This document shows, piece by piece, positions 7,191 through 13,066 of a stretch of 13,066 nt of DNA (its first letter is position 1; the number at the start of each line of letters is the position of its first letter). Made by a program: the position numbers and the translations under genes. The notes under the pieces are model-generated. The model searched no databases and was not told the DNA's origin. It saw nothing but the letters and a program-made list of their open reading frames with translations. Origin of the DNA: Zygophlyctis sp. KS116 (taxonomy: Eukaryota > Fungi > Chytridiomycota); NCBI GenBank assembly GCA_054661495.1, contig BAAFSQ010000280.1:1-13066 (forward strand). The letters are read 5' to 3'.

Positions 7191-10100
7191 TTATTCTCCA
7201 AGTACTTGATCTGTAGAAATTAATACAAGTTCAATATTTCCATGGCTTGTTTCTCTAGATACGTGTAAAAACGATTCTGTCAGAGGATATAATAATGCAA
7301 AAGTGATGGGTAGAGTGGAATCTTGGATAAATTTATGCATGTGAGAAAAGTCATGAGTGTAATGCAGAGATAATGAGCCAGAAGATCCTGAGACAATTAT
7401 GTGAGATCCGTCTTTAGAAAATAGAAAATTGGAAATTTTAATGCCAAAGTCTTGTTTTGAAATTAATTTCCCATTGACTGAGTAGAGATGCAGTGTTGAA
7501 AATTGCCCAGAGTTGATAGAATCACTAGAAAAAACAATTTCACAGCTGCTGTTTATAGATATTTGAGTAATATTTAAACATTCTGTTTGAGAAAAGGTTC
7601 GTATCAAGGTTTCTTCTATTAAGCTATGAATATGGATTTTGCCATCTTTTGATGCTGAAATTATAATGTCATTGTCTTTTGAGATATCTACAGCTGTTAT
7701 TTCATTTTCATGATTGAAAATGGTATATTTGAGTTTAACAAGTCCTCGGCTTCTTAATTGCCAAATTGCTACATTAGAGTCTATTGAGCCAGTTACTAAA
7801 ATCTTATCATCTTCAGAGAGTGCAGCACATGTGATTATATCACTATGTCCATATGATATAGAACGTAAAATAGTTGGCTTCTTATCCAAATTTGATACAA
7901 TTTTAAAGCTTCTGTCTGGGCAGCCAATCAAAATAACATACTCGTGACGCATGTTGGCTAGAAATGATTTTGGTGATAAATTTGGTAAATATATTGGTAT
8001 TTTTCTATCGACTGCCCTTCTTTCATCGGCCCAAAGCATAAATTCTTTGCTGGCTGTAATCCTCCAGCTATAAACCCAAGCGTTGAGATTTTTGTCAATG
8101 CCAATTAACTTTCCAGAATATAAATCAGGAACAGTTTTAACAGGAGAAGAATGCTCCAGGTTAAGCCAAGGTAGTAATATAAGGCATTCCGCTGTAGTTT
8201 CAGCATAAAAGCATATCTCCTTGTTAAATTTATCAAATATGTTGGACCCAATAGCCTCAGACCGCTTTAATCTCTTTGGATGAGGCTTTTTCAGCAACTG
8301 AGAAGGTGTTTGCCCGAAATTATTGATTTGATCTTCAATAGACCTTCTTTCCACGGGGTCCTTTATTGTATCAATATTGATTTCATCTTCATAGGTAAGA
8401 AAATAAAATACATTATGAGCGCGAACGGCCTCTTCTCCACGCTGCTTATAACCCCAAATTAAATCTATCCAATTGTGAAGATTTTCGGAGACATAATCAC
8501 TTTCAAGAGCTGCCCTATGTATCCTTATAAACTCGTAAACATTTTTAGCCCAAGGGGGAAGTTTAACATCATCTACCACCTCACCGCCTTGTCTTTGGCC
8601 GAGATCGAAACCATTCTAATATATTATTTATAATAATATTTACCTCGTTTAATAAAAAATCAGGCATATAGTAAAATTCGGGTATAAGTTCTTTGAAGTC
8701 CCCACTACTTGTTAAAACAGAGTTCCAACACGATGAAATTGAATGAAATTGTCTATAAATTAGTAAAAGCAACTAACCTATCTGGATGATCGAATTTCCC
8801 TCCCTGTAGATCAATGTGAAGGGATGTAAACGGTTCTAATCTTAATAAATAGAATAAGACTGATGCAGAAGAAGAATAATGACTTCCATAGTGAAATTTC
8901 TTGATGAAGCCGGATGGATCCTCAAAGGTTCTGTATCTTTCAAGAATCTGCTGTAACCTCTTGCTATCCAACGCACCTATAGGCCGTGATAAGTCTCGAT
9001 ATATATTAGGATCATTCAAATCAATAGTAGAGCTTACGTAATCAACCAGAACCCATGGGAAAATAGGATATTGTGTAAGATCATTATATGTTCTCCCGCT
9101 TATAATATTAAGCTTCATTAAATATTCGAAATTGCTGATTTGGTGGTTTCTCCACTGCTCAGTTAATGTTGTTTTTCCAAATATTTCTGCTGGAGTCTTA
9201 GTACTAAATGATATGCTGGATATCTTTAACGAGGAAATTTTCTTAAGAACTCGATTTCTTTCTTTTTTACCATTTAACGTTTGAGATCCCAGGAAATTTA
9301 TAAGATAGCTTCTTCCATTTTTTAAAAACAATTCTAGTGCACTATCTCTAAGCTTATACCTTCGGCAACGAATTGCATCTTCACATTTAGATATAACAAA
9401 CATACCTATTTGATCCAAATTACTTTTAAAATCCTTTTGTTTCAAGGTCTGACGCAGGAAGATCGATTCTTGCTCGGACTTTTCATGTGTTAAAAATCCA
9501 ATATTTTGAGATGTCATGTAAAATTTTCCAGATATACTGTGCATCAAGCAAATAAGTTCAGCATCCCAGCTGTATGTAAATGTAACATTTTGTAGTATCA
9601 GATCTTCCGTCTGAACCACATTCCAGTCTTCAGTATCAACGCTTACTTCGCTCAAAATACTATCTCCAGATTCGGTGCGCATACTTCTTGAAAATTGATG
9701 ATATCGGTTAAGTTTTAATGGTTTTGACTCTACGAAAACCTCTGAATTATTTTTTAAGACTTTAAGCAAATTATTAGACTCCGATCTAACCATCGACACC
9801 TTATCCCGTTTTGTAGAGGCTTCCGAATGATCGTCAAAGTCCAAATTATGAGTAAGCCGTTTTCTCATTTTCAAATTATTTTCGAACATATCTAGCTTCC
9901 AATGCGCGTATTGATTTTCGCTAACAACCGCCTCAAAAATCTTTTTACCTTCATCTGAAACTACAATCTGGTCTTGCTTTTGTGCTTGAACTTGATCGCT
10001 CAGAACTTTACGCCCAACATCAGTTAGTTGCTTTCTTCGAACATTTATATTCATCACCAAATCTAATGATTGCTTTTTTAAAATTTCCTCGTGAAAAGAT

Positions 10101-12914
10101 ATCTTCGCCAAATACTTGTTGTAACTCTCCTTCATGGAAAGTGATTCCTTTTTAGAAATTTTCATAAACTGTTCTTCTTGCTTACGTGAGGCAGGTAGTA
10201 AAATTGTGTCATATATGCTAGAAAATAATTCTGAAATAGAATGTTGACTATGATCGAAATCAGTCGGAAACGTTGGTTCTAATTTATCAGTTCCTGCCGT
10301 CAACAAATCACCGAAAATGGAAATAACAGATACGATAAGGGATTCATTGATTTCTTCGGATTCCGAATAATCTCCATTGATGCATTCATATAATTTAGTG
10401 AATATATGATAAATATCATGGGGAGGTAAAGTTTTAAAATAATTGCGAGATCTTTTTGAGGTGAAATCAGATAGGTAAGAGATACATGCTTTCCAAACAG
10501 CTTCCTTTGTTGTTTCAAATCCACTTAAAGCAATCTCCAATCCTAATTCTTCAATATCCTTCAAAAAGCTAGCTATAGGAATTGTATTATCCCGAAGTTG
10601 TAAATGATTTGCATATGTCATATTCAGAATTTGCTGGCAAATTTCAAGGAAAATCGATGATAAATTGAAGTTTGATTCAAAAGGTATTCTCTTATGATAT
10701 ATAAATTCTGAATTTGAATTCTCCAGGTAGGCAAAAATGTCATTAAAGCTCATCAGGAAAAATCGGCAAGCTGTAAAAATTCGCTTGAACGACTGTCCAA
10801 ACTTGAAGGTGTGAGAAGGTCTTTCACCGAATAAATGTTGCTTGACAGAAGATAAAAGTGTTTCAAGCAGCTTGTTTATCCTGATTCCCGCAAATTCATT
10901 GTTTGATATCAGGTCGTTGACAGTTGACATGATAAAATAATCAATTTCTAGATATATTTCCCGCCTAGCATCCGAATCCATTCTTAATCTGCAAAATAAG
11001 ATCTTGCCAATTATTTCTACAGAAATATAATTTTCGATCTGTTCTATTGGTTTGAAAATCTGAGGAAGCAAAACCTGATATTGATTAAATGCATTCCATA
11101 AGGGATCATAAAAGGTAGATGATGCATACTGAAGAATTTGCGAGCAAAATAATACCAAATCTTCCGTAGGAAGTGAGCAAAGAGGCAAAATTTCAAAAAG
11201 AACAATAATATAATCCGATATTGCAGATCCTAATGACTGTCTCCACGACATCCATTTACCAATATTTACATCGCCAAAAGCAAGGCTTACTAGCTTTCTA
11301 CATGTAACAACACTTGATTCGGCTGTCTTGATTCGCACAACTATAAGATCATTAGAGATTTCAGAGATGAAGCTGGTTCTTAATAGTAGTTGCGTTCTTA
11401 GTGGCGATAAAAGTGTAGGAGATCCTACCAGAGGGTAATCTTTCACTATTAAAAATAAGTATTCCAGTGAAAGTAATCTGATTAGTTCATTATCAGAGCC
11501 TAATAGAAAGTAAAATAAATTCCCTTCTGTTTTTGAAACAAAATTGTGAAAAAGTTCTTGTTGTTTATTTGAGCCTTCTTTAAGAGTTCGAATCCATGTT
11601 AATACATCACAGATATATTGAGTATCAATAGTTGTATACAAGCTAGTAGATATAAACTGACATAAATTCTTTAAATTCACTGAATTCCACTCTAAAGATG
11701 CAGATACGATATCAAAAATATGCTTTCTTTTTGGATGACATGAATAGTCTATTGGAGGTCCAGGAGTAGTTATATGAGCATTAAAATATCTTTCAAGTGA
11801 TTCTAACCAGAATTCTGGCCCATAAACCTGTTTCCAGTCTTTAATCAAATCATAAGAATCAGTGATACAAGCCATATACTCTGAAAACACAGATGCAGAT
11901 GCTAAACTCCAAATTTCCATATTAAAAATCCAATACTTGTCTGTTAATTTCTGAAATTCTTCTATTGAGAACTAATTTCAGAAAAAAACCACTTACTCTT
12001 CTTAAATTTAAAATTGGATTCAAAATCTGTAATCCTAATTCAGGTAGATTTTCATTTCTAATAATTTCAGCAACCATTTGATGCCCTTTACAAGATATAA
12101 ACTTTTCAAAATATACTTGTTTATCCATCATTAAAAATTGTGTTAAAATTGAAAAGAATACTTTAACTCTACCATTTACATCATCTTCTTTATCTGAATT
12201 TTTCGGTAATAGTGTTAAAAGAGATATCGGAAAGTTTAAACTTTCATAAACTTTAACCAAATCAATTTCCCTTGATATTTCTACATCTTCCAAAGCCGCA
12301 TGATGTCCTAATGACGAAGAATCATAACAAATTGAATCATTTTTATCCACTTGAGACGCACTCAAGAATAAATAAATTGAAGATTTTACTTCTAATCATT
12401 AACACAAGAAGAATAATTTACCCTTATAAAACATCTCTTTTCCAATATTACTTATTTCTTCATCCTTTAGTATTTCTTTAAAAATAACAAAATCGCCCAC
12501 ACCCGACCTAGTTATCAAAGAACAATCATCCCATAATCTAGTTGGAGGATATTTAAACCTATCTTTGAGTATTATTACTCCATTTATAGTCATATTAAGA
12601 CCATGATTTGTTTGCGTGAGAGCCAATAAATTCCAATCATTTAATTCCCCAATCGACTTACTACTACCATCAAAGCTTAGAATATTCTGCGACAGTTGCA
12701 ATTGATACTTATCATCATCTCCTTTAAGCAAGAGTTGAAAATCATTTTTAAACCAAACGATTAAAGTAAAACCATTCGACGGAGGCCATTCGAACAATGG
12801 AAACTTTAGTTTTCCGCTCTTAAAATAGAATTCAGGGAATTGTTGTCTCGTAAATATTAAATCATCAGCATCCCTTTCTCTCCTCAATATCTGCTTGATT
12901 TGTATCGCATTCAT
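7191..12914 (-). CDS. BEACH-domain protein (neurobeachin/LRBA-type: ConA-like, PH, BEACH, WD40), at least 1871 aa; exons 12914-12422, 12391-11997, 11971-8778, 8752-8644, 8615-7191
   Basis: Motifs: [14 protein letters not shown] (ConA-like), [13 protein letters not shown] (PH), [65 protein letters not shown] and FGQTPSQL (BEACH), GHSDIITC and [11 protein letters not shown] (WD40). Introns of 30, 25, 25 and 28 nt join five track ORFs into 5616 nt. The true start could lie upstream of 12914. Confidence 0.93.
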
Positions 12915-13028
12915 CGCGATTTCGTCTTTCGTCGGTGAATTATAAGGATATAATATTGGTTTAATACTAGATAGCTATTGTTTTAATACATGGCTCTCGC
13001 ACCAGTACCAGATCTGTGATATGATCAT

Positions 13029-13066
13029 ATGATGAAATTCTCTGTGAGATCTCAAGTCAGATTTCT
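13029..13066 (+). CDS. Possible start of a divergent gene cut by the window edge
   Basis: ATG ATG AAA TTC... reads MMKFSVRSQVRF, Arg/Ser-rich and without acidic residues like a mitochondrial presequence. Only 12 codons are visible. Confidence 0.2.
   Translation, partial: MMKFSVRSQVRF

Noticed and set aside
7714-12481. Short ORFs 7714-7947, 8280-8462, 10300-10524 and 12272-12481
   Set aside because: Shadows of the BEACH gene.
1557-12914. Stop-codon reassignment, programmed frameshifting or pseudogenisation as the cause of the split ORFs
   Set aside because: Every break in the conserved genes is resolved by a GT-AG intron, and TAA/TAG terminate CCP1, PHO88 and the F-box gene at plausible positions.

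Overview
AT-rich, very gene-dense eukaryotic DNA, most likely an early-diverging fungus or fungal relative (inferred from gene content and intron style). The ORF track is fragmented by tiny GT-AG introns. I resolve 14 introns by hand, 12 of them only 25-30 nt. After splicing, five conserved genes emerge: mitochondrial cytochrome c peroxidase (-, 5 exons), a LARP1-like La-motif/DM15 protein (+, 6 exons), Pho88/Snd3 (+, 2 exons), an F-box/LRR protein (-) and a large BEACH-WD40 protein (-, at least 5 exons). The first 1.6 kb is a rearranged accessory patch. It holds a small Gly/Ala-rich hydrophobic gene with a loose IFI27/ISG12-like motif and a frameshifted paralog of it. The paralog's 3' 138 bp are an exact copy that also carries the end of the peroxidase gene, and a decayed Mutator (MULE) transposase lies between the copies. 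The best leads are the ultra-short introns, a hairpin that could collapse the one 83-nt intron toward normal size, a frame-symmetric exon flanked by the only two long introns, and the chimeric duplication. No prokaryotic features, rRNA, tRNA or CRISPR array are supported.
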